Of a stretch of 64,000 bases of DNA, positions 28,061 through 35,763 are shown in pieces. The stretch lies in IMG/VR virus record IMGVR_UViG_3300005323_000038. One strand, written 5' to 3'. Numbering within the stretch: position 1 is the stretch's first letter; the number at the start of each line of letters is the position of its first letter. The DNA is from an uncultured virus (IMG/VR IMGVR_UViG_3300005323_000038). Taxonomy: Duplodnaviria; Heunggongvirae; Uroviricota; Caudoviricetes. The position numbers and the translations under genes are program-made. The notes under the pieces were generated by a model. It saw only the letters and a list, made by a program, of their open reading frames with translations. It was not told the DNA's origin and did no database searches.

Positions 28061-28822
28061 ATGAAATTAATGTCATTAGATCTATCAACTAAAGGGTGTG
28101 CAATTGCGGTATTAGACTCAGATGTATCAAAATCTAATAGTTATTTAAAAGATCAATTTAAGTTAAATACTTCGTTTATGAAACCATCGTTTAAAACGAC
28201 TCCACAAGAGATAGGACAACTTTTAAACGAAATTCAAGAGTTTGTTGAAACAAATATGGAATTCTACCAACCTGATGCATTTATCATCGAAGAGATATTT
28301 GCAAATAACAATAATCTCGATGCTGTAAAGCCTCTTATAAAGATCCAGGCAGTCGTAGAGCAAACAATATCTCGTTATAAATTAAAAAGACAATCATCTC
28401 CACTTGTAGAATACAAATGCGCTTCATCTATTCGTGCAAAATTTGGATTTAATATCGATAGGATTCTTTCAGAATCTCAATTTGAAAAGAAACAGATAGA
28501 GATATCAAAGAAGCCAGTAAAGATAAAGAAAGATGGAATGCCGGCTAAAAGACATCCGCTTGAAGGAATGTCATATCAACAATATGTCAGCGATCCGGGA
28601 AACTATCGTAACAAATATCCAGAGATTGATTTCACAAAATATCGTACAATTAAACCGTCAATAACCGAATATGATTTTGCGAAGAAGATATTGGTAATAA
28701 ACTTTGTAAATAAAACATTTGGATTTGATTTTACATATCACGATAATGATAAGGCCGATGCTGTATTAAATGTTTATTATTTGTATTTGATATTAAAAGA
28801 AGATAATTCTGATTTATTTTAA
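28061..28822 (+). CDS. RuvC-like Holliday junction resolvase
   Basis: MSLDLSTKG, IIEE, DKADAV (RNase H-fold acidic residues). Confidence 0.75.
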   Translation: MKLMSLDLSTKGCAIAVLDSDVSKSNSYLKDQFKLNTSFMKPSFKTTPQEIGQLLNEIQEFVETNMEFYQPDAFIIEEIFANNNNLDAVKPLIKIQAVVEQTISRYKLKRQSSPLVEYKCASSIRAKFGFNIDRILSESQFEKKQIEISKKPVKIKKDGMPAKRHPLEGMSYQQYVSDPGNYRNKYPEIDFTKYRTIKPSITEYDFAKKILVINFVNKTFGFDFTYHDNDKADAVLNVYYLYLILKEDNSDLF

Positions 28823-28830
28823 GGAGAAAT

Positions 28831-29256
28831 ATGATAACAAAATTAAAAAAGGAATATCCAGTTAGAGAAGAATATTCAAAAATTACAGCCCCATTTAAAG
28901 TAATTCATTATGATGGAGAACCAATATTATTTCTCGGTTATAACGACAACAACGACATACTGTTATGTTCATTAGTTGATACCGATGAATATAAGAAAAT
29001 GGATCAATTCATAGAAATAATTGTGGATAACAGAAATCTTAAAAGCTTCTTTGACAAAAAGATAACATATTTGGATATGCTGAAAAACTCAAATAGCATT
29101 TTCCTTGTTAATGTTTCATATGATAGAACAGATTTTAAATCATATATTATTGAATTTGATGATATACCAATGAGCCACAGGCCATCAGAAAAGTCATTTT
29201 GTCCAGAGTTATTAAAGGAAAATTTCTTTATTTGCAGCATAAAAGAAAAACTCTAA
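28831..29256 (+). CDS. Hypothetical protein
   Basis: AAGGAG SD; 141 aa. Confidence 0.7.
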   Translation: MITKLKKEYPVREEYSKITAPFKVIHYDGEPILFLGYNDNNDILLCSLVDTDEYKKMDQFIEIIVDNRNLKSFFDKKITYLDMLKNSNSIFLVNVSYDRTDFKSYIIEFDDIPMSHRPSEKSFCPELLKENFFICSIKEKL

Positions 29257-29278
29257 AATGTTTTAAAAGGAGACAAAA

Positions 29279-29566
29279 ATGGATGAACCAATTGTAATAA
29301 CAATACAAGAATTTAACAAAATATTAAAAGTATTGAGTAAAACAAGCTATAAAGATCCAAAAATTATAGAATACAGGATAAGACGAGCCTCTCCAATATC
29401 AAATGATAAATACAATTATGCAATCATAGAGAAAGAAGAAATAACTTTAAAATTTTTAAGTGAATCAATAGAAAGACGATCCATTGAAAGTTTAATAAGA
29501 ATTCTTCTAATAGAATTAGAAAGAAATAATATAAAAATCAATGACGATTCTATTTTTAATTGTTAA
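29279..29566 (+). CDS. Hypothetical protein
   Basis: AAGGAG SD. Confidence 0.65.
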   Translation: MDEPIVITIQEFNKILKVLSKTSYKDPKIIEYRIRRASPISNDKYNYAIIEKEEITLKFLSESIERRSIESLIRILLIELERNNIKINDDSIFNC

Positions 29567-29567
29567 G

Positions 29568-29596
29568 TTGACAAATAATCTAAACAGTGATATTAT
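29568..29596 (+). promoter_or_regulatory. Sigma70-type promoter, extended -10
   Basis: TTGACA-17-TATTAT with TGn. Confidence 0.7.
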
Positions 29597-29623
29597 TTCT
29601 TAGCATAATTCTCTGGAGGATTC

Positions 29624-29821
29624 ATGCTTAAAGAATGTCTTTTATGTGGAATCCCTCACTCTAACGATAATAGCTTCTGTTTTAAATGTGATGATAAGCA
29701 TTTAACTTTATACAACAAAGAATTATTTGGTAAAGATTTCGATAAAATTGTAAGTAAGCCTAATAAGACAATAGAAGTAGTTTTTGATATTAATATAGAG
29801 AAAATACATTTGCGGAGGTGA
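29624..29821 (+). CDS. Small Zn-finger-like protein
   Basis: GGAGG SD; CLLC...CFKC. Confidence 0.65.
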   Translation: MLKECLLCGIPHSNDNSFCFKCDDKHLTLYNKELFGKDFDKIVSKPNKTIEVVFDINIEKIHLRR

Positions 29822-29827
29822 ACTATA

Positions 29828-29890
29828 ATGGCTAATAAAAAACCAGTTAAAAAAGTAACAGAATCGAAAAAAGTCGCAAAGAAAAAATAG
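29828..29890 (+). CDS. 20-aa Lys-rich micropeptide
   Basis: GGAGGTG SD 7 nt before ATG; MANKKPVKKVTESKKVAKKK. Confidence 0.5.
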   Translation: MANKKPVKKVTESKKVAKKK

Positions 29891-29901
29891 TAATAAAACA
29901 A

Positions 29902-29930
29902 AAAGACGGGTTTATGGCCCGTCTTTCTTT
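29902..29930. terminator. Bidirectional terminator at the strand-convergence point
   Basis: AAAGACGGG-TTTATGG-CCCGTCTTT with A and T tracts on either side. Confidence 0.8.
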
Positions 29931-30139
29931 TATTTTATTAAAGTAAATATTGATTCATCATTTGAAAAATCAGAAAAAATTAAAGCGAAATTACTCATAC
30001 AATGACTACATAATTGAAATTTTCCTACACAACTTTTGTTGTCAGAATCTATCATTTTAAATAATACTGTATAGTGGTCTAAACTATCAAGCGGCTCTTT
30101 CCCCCTCCGTTGACAATGCGAGCATTTCTTCTGGCTCAT
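29930..30139 (-). CDS. Small Zn-finger-like protein
   Basis: CSHC twice. Confidence 0.6.
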   Translation of the reverse strand: MSQKKCSHCQRRGKEPLDSLDHYTVLFKMIDSDNKSCVGKFQLCSHCMSNFALIFSDFSNDESIFTLIK

Positions 30140-30587
30140 TATTACTTTCCACCTTATCTAAGCTTAGCATTGATTTGAAAGCTCCAAAGCACTCTTGGCA
30201 CACTTTAACTTTTATCCTTTTTGTTACACCATTGAAAGAATGTTTAATATTTAAAAAATTATAAAGATGATCCTTTGGAATTTCTTCTTGGCACATCGAA
30301 CAATAACATTCCTGATTAAAAATGGTTTCCTGACTGTCTAAGGCAGGTTTAATATCACGAACATCATTTTCATCGATATCAATAATAAAATCATCCTGAA
30401 GCTTGCTATGGAAGTTGCAAGATAATCTTTTACATGATTCTATCCCATTTTCAATCTTACATTTGCAACATCTACAAATTCTATTTTCTTCGCTCCATAG
30501 TGATAAATTATTTAAGTCAAAACTACGATTGCATTTCGTACATTCTACGAATTCTGGAATATAGGTTTTTGTCTCCAAAAAAACCAT
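30087..30587 (-). CDS. Cys-rich Zn-finger-like protein
   Basis: CTKC, CCKC, CSMC, CQEC. Confidence 0.65.
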   Translation of the reverse strand: MVFLETKTYIPEFVECTKCNRSFDLNNLSLWSEENRICRCCKCKIENGIESCKRLSCNFHSKLQDDFIIDIDENDVRDIKPALDSQETIFNQECYCSMCQEEIPKDHLYNFLNIKHSFNGVTKRIKVKVCQECFGAFKSMLSLDKVESNNEPEEMLALSTEGERAA

Positions 30588-30600
30588 CTGCCTTTACATT

Positions 30601-31275
30601 TTATTTTACTATTTCCAATTGCCCTTCAACAAGATGCTCAAGAATTTCAACCATTTCTTTATTATAACCTTTATATTGATAAATTACTTTAGTCTTTAAT
30701 TCAGGTAATATTTTCTTTTCAAATTCTTCTTTATTATAACCTGTATATATTATTGTAGGAATACTTCTTGAGGCTAATTCTTTTATTACGTCATTTATAT
30801 CGCCACCAGAACTTCCTAAGTCCATATCGCAGATTGCCGCTTTTAATGTTGCTCCCCTTTTTGATATTTCTGGAATAAGCTTATTCGCCTGAGCCGAGCT
30901 ACTACACCATAAGAATTTAAAAGGTAAATTAGAATGACCGAATTTTTTGTTAAATTGAATTTCTATTATTGCCTTCATATGATCAAAATTCTCTTTGACA
31001 TCCTCCACAGATAAAACAACATTATCCCCATCTTCAATAAAATCAAGAGCATAATGAAGAATCATATCTGTAATATTAGACATTTGCTCGATATGTCTTT
31101 TAATTCTTTTGATATTTTCAATCGTATCTATTGATTTATTATAACCCCTACTAAATCTATCTCTGATTGTGTAAAAAGATAATGTAACTATAACAAATAA
31201 ACATATAGCTGATAATGATAAAATTGTTAAATATAAAGTATTTTTAGAAAATATTTCATTAGTAAGTTCTAACAT
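30601..31275 (-). CDS. Membrane-anchored response-regulator receiver domain protein
   Basis: TM helix then VLSVED, AICDMDL, IIYTG, YKG receiver residues; start chosen after AGAGG. Confidence 0.72.
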   Translation of the reverse strand: MLELTNEIFSKNTLYLTILSLSAICLFVIVTLSFYTIRDRFSRGYNKSIDTIENIKRIKRHIEQMSNITDMILHYALDFIEDGDNVVLSVEDVKENFDHMKAIIEIQFNKKFGHSNLPFKFLWCSSSAQANKLIPEISKRGATLKAAICDMDLGSSGGDINDVIKELASRSIPTIIYTGYNKEEFEKKILPELKTKVIYQYKGYNKEMVEILEHLVEGQLEIVK

Positions 31276-31291
31276 TTTATATATCCTCTTT

Positions 31292-31687
31292 CTATTTTGT
31301 ATCTCTTCTACTATTTGCACAAAAACCAATAGCAGATTTTACCTCTATAGCAACATTCGATATAGAAGTAAGCTGATTTTTAACCTCTGTTAAAGACTGT
31401 GAGGTAGAAGATTTATTTTCATTTAATGCCTGTGTTACGACTTGTATCGTAGCAGCAAGATTACTAATCTGTTTTGAAAATTCTTGAGTAACCTCTGATT
31501 GTTGGGCATTATTCTCTCTTAACTCTTTTATGTGTTCAAAGTGGGCGTTTACAAATTTAATAGCAAGAACACATCCAAAGCCTAAGAGAACAATAAGAAT
31601 TATTCCCACAAGTCCATAGCCAAAACCATTAGTTTCTGCTGCCTTATTCAGCAAACCTGTTGCCACTGTTGTTTCCAAGGTGTCCAC
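31292..31687 (-). CDS. Single-TM coiled-coil protein (holin-like)
   Basis: GYGLVGIILIVLLGFG TM followed by coiled-coil. Confidence 0.55.
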   Translation of the reverse strand: MDTLETTVATGLLNKAAETNGFGYGLVGIILIVLLGFGCVLAIKFVNAHFEHIKELRENNAQQSEVTQEFSKQISNLAATIQVVTQALNENKSSTSQSLTEVKNQLTSISNVAIEVKSAIGFCANSRRDTK

Positions 31688-31713
31688 ATCCCATCCGTAC
31701 CTTTCTTATACAA

Positions 31714-31742
31714 ATTCTAATTCAATATTGAATATTTGTCAA
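31714..31742 (-). promoter_or_regulatory. Sigma70-type promoter with a 14-bp palindrome in the spacer
   Basis: TTGACA-17-TAGAAT on the minus strand; ATTCAATATTGAAT at 31720-31733. Confidence 0.7.
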
Positions 31743-31744
31743 AT

Positions 31745-31773
31745 AAAAAACCGCAATGTTTTCACACTGCGGT
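31745..31773 (-). terminator. Intrinsic terminator
   Basis: Minus strand CCGCAGTGT-GAAA-ACATTGCGG-TTTTTT. Confidence 0.85.
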
Positions 31774-31818
31774 AAATTAAGGAGCGAGTTACACAATGAT
31801 TATTAAGTCGCCATGAGG

Positions 31819-32112
31819 TTATGTCAGTAATTCTTCGGCTTCTTTTTCAGAAGAACACGAAGAAAGAATATTTTGTCTTGCTTTTATTTCATCTGCTCTT
31901 TTTCTAATGGTCATAAGTTTTTGAGATGCGTAATAGATATTTACAGCCCCAATGGCAATAGGTTCTTGATTTATTGATACAATTCCCTTTTTGCCATCCT
32001 GAAGTGCTACATCCTTAAATGCGATGCAGATAAAACCTGATGCGTCACTGCATGTTTCTTTTATTTTTTCTATAAATGTATCAATAGTTTTTACTTCTTT
32101 TTTATCTTCCAT
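31819..32112 (-). CDS. Hypothetical protein
   Basis: AGGTGA SD. Confidence 0.65.
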   Translation of the reverse strand: MEDKKEVKTIDTFIEKIKETCSDASGFICIAFKDVALQDGKKGIVSINQEPIAIGAVNIYYASQKLMTIRKRADEIKARQNILSSCSSEKEAEELLT

Positions 32113-32119
32113 ATTTCAC

Positions 32120-32365
32120 CTACAGCGCTTTATCTGCGACCACAATTGGATCGAGCATTTCTTTTATTTTAGCAATAATACCATTATCTTCAGTTGATGC
32201 CAACATAGCGCAATCAGTACATATTTTAAAGTTAGCACCATAGTAAGGAATATTGGCATTGCCACCAACTGAGAAATTAACCTGGCAGAAATTTCCTTGA
32301 TTAGTATGATATTCTGGTGTACTTTCTTTTTTACATATAGGGCATTTCGAGAATACTTTATCCAT
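32120..32365 (-). CDS. Small Zn-finger-like protein
   Basis: GGAGG SD; CPIC...CTDC. Confidence 0.65.
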   Translation of the reverse strand: MDKVFSKCPICKKESTPEYHTNQGNFCQVNFSVGGNANIPYYGANFKICTDCAMLASTEDNGIIAKIKEMLDPIVVADKAL

Positions 32366-32449
32366 TTTTATTCCTCCGATTATAAATTATAATAATTACT
32401 GTAATCTACAAATAATAAACTACATATTATTTTTAAAAGACTTTCCATT

Positions 32450-32478
32450 ATCTTATCACCGTCATTCAAATTTGTCAA
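32450..32478 (-). promoter_or_regulatory. Sigma70-type promoter, extended -10
   Basis: TTGACA-17-TAAGAT with TGn on the minus strand. Confidence 0.65.
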
Positions 32479-32488
32479 GGCATCGCTA

Positions 32489-32662
32489 TTATTTCATGCC
32501 TATTTTCTTTTTCGCAGACTTAATTATTTCTTCTGGATCTTTCTTAACAAAGCCAATAATTTCTGCAATTTGTTTATCATTCTCATTCCATTCAGAAAGA
32601 TGCTTCTGCATTAAATGAAGTTTCCATTGGTTATGTAATTTTACAAAATCAAAAGTTGCCAT
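32489..32662 (-). CDS. Small hypothetical protein (57 aa, not in ORF track)
   Basis: MATFDFVKLHNQWK... starts right after the endolysin stop. Confidence 0.55.
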   Translation of the reverse strand: MATFDFVKLHNQWKLHLMQKHLSEWNENDKQIAEIIGFVKKDPEEIIKSAKKKIGMK

Positions 32663-32663
32663 T

Positions 32664-33428
32664 TTATTTTAGTTCCTTATATTCAATTATATCAACCGCT
32701 CTTTTGTTCCAACCGTTAAGGAATTTTCTATTATTGCCTTTTTTTGATATCAGCAGATAAAATTCTTTTGCTTCTTGGATTATTGACGTAAGAACATCGT
32801 CGTCTATCATTGCGATAGGTTTAAATTCTTCGAATATTTTAAGTAAGTCTGAGCCATCTCGAAGAAGTTCCATAACATTAAATGAAGATATATCCGAAGA
32901 TACCTCAATTAATTTTTCAATAACTTTTGCAAATAGTTTCATCTGAGAAGTAATTGATTTGCAAAAATCATCCGTAGAGTATTTATTAATATTTGATATT
33001 ACATCGTCGTCGAACGAAGAATTAACTAGAAGCCTTGCTCCAAGATGATTTAATGAACGTCTAACAAATTTAGCTGCTTGTCCATTGCCGGTGTTAACGC
33101 ATAAATCAAATATCTTAGATATCGTTTTTATATCAAGTATTTTATCGAATAATGGAAATCCATTTTTATCTTTATGCTTTGAATAATAACAAACATCATA
33201 TACATCTTTTGCTATTTCAATTGCTTCGCCGTTTCTACCTGCTTCGATAAGTTCGATAAGTCTATCAACTGTTTTACCATGAGATGCATAGTCTAATCCA
33301 AGAACTGTTGTCCCACCAGCATCATCTGGGTCTCTTTCTATCTGTATTCTTTTCCTAAAATTAAAATCTTCTTTTTCAAGGGTATAATCTATTATTTTAT
33401 TAAATGTAGAACTACGCATTATTACCAC
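32664..33428 (-). CDS. Endolysin, glycoside hydrolase family 108-like
   Basis: DPDDAGGTTVLG, FDLCVNTG, C-terminal KFLNGWNKR. Confidence 0.82.
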   Translation of the reverse strand: MVIMRSSTFNKIIDYTLEKEDFNFRKRIQIERDPDDAGGTTVLGLDYASHGKTVDRLIELIEAGRNGEAIEIAKDVYDVCYYSKHKDKNGFPLFDKILDIKTISKIFDLCVNTGNGQAAKFVRRSLNHLGARLLVNSSFDDDVISNINKYSTDDFCKSITSQMKLFAKVIEKLIEVSSDISSFNVMELLRDGSDLLKIFEEFKPIAMIDDDVLTSIIQEAKEFYLLISKKGNNRKFLNGWNKRAVDIIEYKELK

Positions 33429-33729
33429 CGTCTTTTTTCATTTCCATAACTTTATCGACCAACTGAGATACTTCATTTTCTGATTTCTTTTGATCAGAAT
33501 ATAATTTATATCCATACGCCTGTTCAGCAGATATAACTCCGATTAATCCAAGAATGAACGTTGTAAGGCTTGATAATGTTTCTTTGCCGGTCTTTATTTC
33601 AAAGAAGACCATTAGCAAAATATAAATAAATGTAATATATAGGAATAGCAATTTTGATAGTTGAATAAAAGTTCCACGAATGCGATTATCTTCTTTGTTA
33701 TAGATAAAATTAATTAAAAAGTCTTTCAT
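33412..33729 (-). CDS. Holin candidate (2 TM)
   Basis: Two hydrophobic helices and a charged tail; directly upstream of the endolysin. Confidence 0.6.
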   Translation of the reverse strand: MKDFLINFIYNKEDNRIRGTFIQLSKLLFLYITFIYILLMVFFEIKTGKETLSSLTTFILGLIGVISAEQAYGYKLYSDQKKSENEVSQLVDKVMEMKKDGGNNA

Positions 33730-33989
33730 TTTTCTTCTCCGCTCATATTGAAATATATTTTTACGATATTTTTTTCTTGAATTCTTAAAAATCCAGAATG
33801 TTCTTGACTGACGTTTATTTCGGACGTATAAGAGTCAGTTTCTATTCCATCCTTATATATGAATACTGCCGCATTGGAGGTTTTGAAGAATATTTTAGGA
33901 TCATCTTTATGATACACATAGTGTCTTATTGCAAATGCTATTAAGATGTAACAAATAAGAATAATGCAACGTAAACCATATCTTTTCAT
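33726..33989 (-). CDS. Small membrane-anchored protein
   Basis: N-terminal TM. Confidence 0.6.
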   Translation of the reverse strand: MKRYGLRCIILICYILIAFAIRHYVYHKDDPKIFFKTSNAAVFIYKDGIETDSYTSEINVSQEHSGFLRIQEKNIVKIYFNMSGEEK

Positions 33990-34174
33990 TTTATTTCCTC
34001 TTTCAACAAAGATTGAATTTCTTTATGTAATATTTCTAATGTATCTGGAATTGAATTATTTTCATAGAGAATAGTATCAGAAATAAGCCAATCTGTCAAT
34101 AACATACTGTTCAATCCTTTCATAAAAAGTAATACCCGAACAAACATCAAGTAAGTCCGGGTATCGAACGACAT
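33986..34174 (-). CDS. Hypothetical protein
   Basis: 62-aa ORF coupled to the next gene. Confidence 0.5.
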   Translation of the reverse strand: MSFDTRTYLMFVRVLLFMKGLNSMLLTDWLISDTILYENNSIPDTLEILHKEIQSLLKEEIK

Positions 34175-34199
34175 TTATCAATAAATATGATAACAGCCG

Positions 34200-34859
34200 T
34201 TAAAAATTATATCCAATGCCAACCATATACATTGCGTTTTCTTTGTTTAATTTATCTCCATATTTAAATACCGCTGAACCAATAATTTTAGTATTCCCAA
34301 TTTTATAAAATAATCCAAGTCCATAGTTAAATCTATTAATTTCAAGTAAAGTTCCAACTCTTTTATATTCAAGTGGCGTGTCATAAGTTAAATAGAACTG
34401 ACCTTTTTCAAATTTAGAAGAGCCTTTGTCTTTCTGAACCATTCCATACTCCCAACCAAAATTATTATACCATTGCAATTCTTTTTCGGGAACGCGATAA
34501 ACTTCTGTTTTTGTATTTAATTTTAATTCGCCGACGTATTCGATATCTGCAAGCTTCATTGATACTGATATTGTATCATTTATGAATATTCTGCCGTCTT
34601 TATCAGTGAATGCTTTAACTTCGCCAAGTTTTATTTCGGGTTCTGATTTTTCAATGCGTTTCAGTTTTTCAAGTTTCTGTTTTATTTCTTCCATTAGACT
34701 TCTTGGAACTTTAACATCATTTGATTTAATTACTACTGAGTCAGCATGACCAAAGTCTGAAGCTTTTGCATAATTTTTATACACAAGCATACAAACCGTT
34801 AAAATTATAATAAATAATGCTGCGAAGAGAATTTCTTTTGCCTTTAGTCTTAATTTCAT
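34200..34859 (-). CDS. Envelope protein with C-terminal beta-strand region ending in Phe
   Basis: N-terminal TM/signal, coiled-coil, amphipathic strands, ends YMVGIGYNF. Confidence 0.65.
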   Translation of the reverse strand: MKLRLKAKEILFAALFIIILTVCMLVYKNYAKASDFGHADSVVIKSNDVKVPRSLMEEIKQKLEKLKRIEKSEPEIKLGEVKAFTDKDGRIFINDTISVSMKLADIEYVGELKLNTKTEVYRVPEKELQWYNNFGWEYGMVQKDKGSSKFEKGQFYLTYDTPLEYKRVGTLLEINRFNYGLGLFYKIGNTKIIGSAVFKYGDKLNKENAMYMVGIGYNF

Positions 34860-34876
34860 TTTTCAAAAACCACCTT

Positions 34877-35254
34877 TTAATTATTTCTATTTAGTATTTT
34901 TGATAGATCTTCTAAAATATCTTCTGTTGATCTTTGTCCTGGTTTATTTCCGCTATTAACTGGTTTAAGCTTTCCCTCTCCAGTAACCGTTGTTTTTGAT
35001 TCTGGAATAATTCCCACAGGAACTTCATTGGACTTTGGTGAGTTTGAAGAAGCTGTCTCAACTTGTTTAAATCCATTGTTGTCTGCGACACCAATATCTT
35101 CCTTTCTGCTTTCTGGTTTGGAATTCATTATTTCTACTTTTTTCTTTTGGGTTATGAATGGCTTAACTACATTAAGTATTCCAAATATTAATGCAATTAG
35201 CCACATAAAGTTTTTCGATATAAAGCTATAAGCTGATATCATTTTTCTAAACAT
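34877..35254 (-). CDS. Membrane-anchored hypothetical protein
   Basis: N-terminal TM; low-complexity tail. Confidence 0.6.
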   Translation of the reverse strand: MFRKMISAYSFISKNFMWLIALIFGILNVVKPFITQKKKVEIMNSKPESRKEDIGVADNNGFKQVETASSNSPKSNEVPVGIIPESKTTVTGEGKLKPVNSGNKPGQRSTEDILEDLSKILNRNN

Positions 35255-35724
35255 TAAAGATCCACCATCCGTTTCGTATATCCTTTATCTTTCCATTCTT
35301 GCCATAGTTTACCAAAATTTGTTATTTCTGTCAAGGCAATGTTAGATTGCTGATAAAACTTACCTTCATATTGAAATATATTAATATAATGCCATCGCAT
35401 ACCATCTGAATGCAATAAAAGTGTTTCCTTATGCTTTATTCCAAGTTTATCAAACAAAACAGAATACAGTCTTAAAAATCCAGAACAGTTAGCCCATTTT
35501 CTTGATAAAACTTGAGATGGTTTTTCAAAAGAGTCAGTAAGTATATTGAAGTTTAATCCATCAGAAGCCCAATTAAATCCATGAGAACATAAATATACTT
35601 CAAATTGAAATGGAGTTTTACAAAGAGAATATATTCCTTCTACTTCTTTATCTGATAATTCTGGATATATTAAGTTCCAAAATGAATTTACAACAAATCT
35701 TAAAATTTTATTTATCATGTCCAT
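35254..35724 (-). CDS. Transglutaminase/papain-fold-like protein
   Basis: P.QVL...ANCSGF...WHY...SN pattern. Confidence 0.55.
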   Translation of the reverse strand: MDMINKILRFVVNSFWNLIYPELSDKEVEGIYSLCKTPFQFEVYLCSHGFNWASDGLNFNILTDSFEKPSQVLSRKWANCSGFLRLYSVLFDKLGIKHKETLLLHSDGMRWHYINIFQYEGKFYQQSNIALTEITNFGKLWQEWKDKGYTKRMVDL

Positions 35725-35737
35725 CCTTTAGTTATTA

Positions 35738-35756
35738 GGGCGGTAATTAGCCGCCC
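35738..35756 (-). terminator. GC hairpin after the tail fibre gene
   Basis: GGGCGG-TAATTAG-CCGCCC; weak U tract. Confidence 0.5.
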
Positions 35757-35763
35757 AATTTAT

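Noticed and set aside
28061..28822. RuvC-like protein as a TnpB/Cas12-type nuclease
   Set aside because: Only 253 aa, catalytic Asp at the extreme N-terminus, no Zn finger and no adjacent non-coding RNA space; fits a resolvase.
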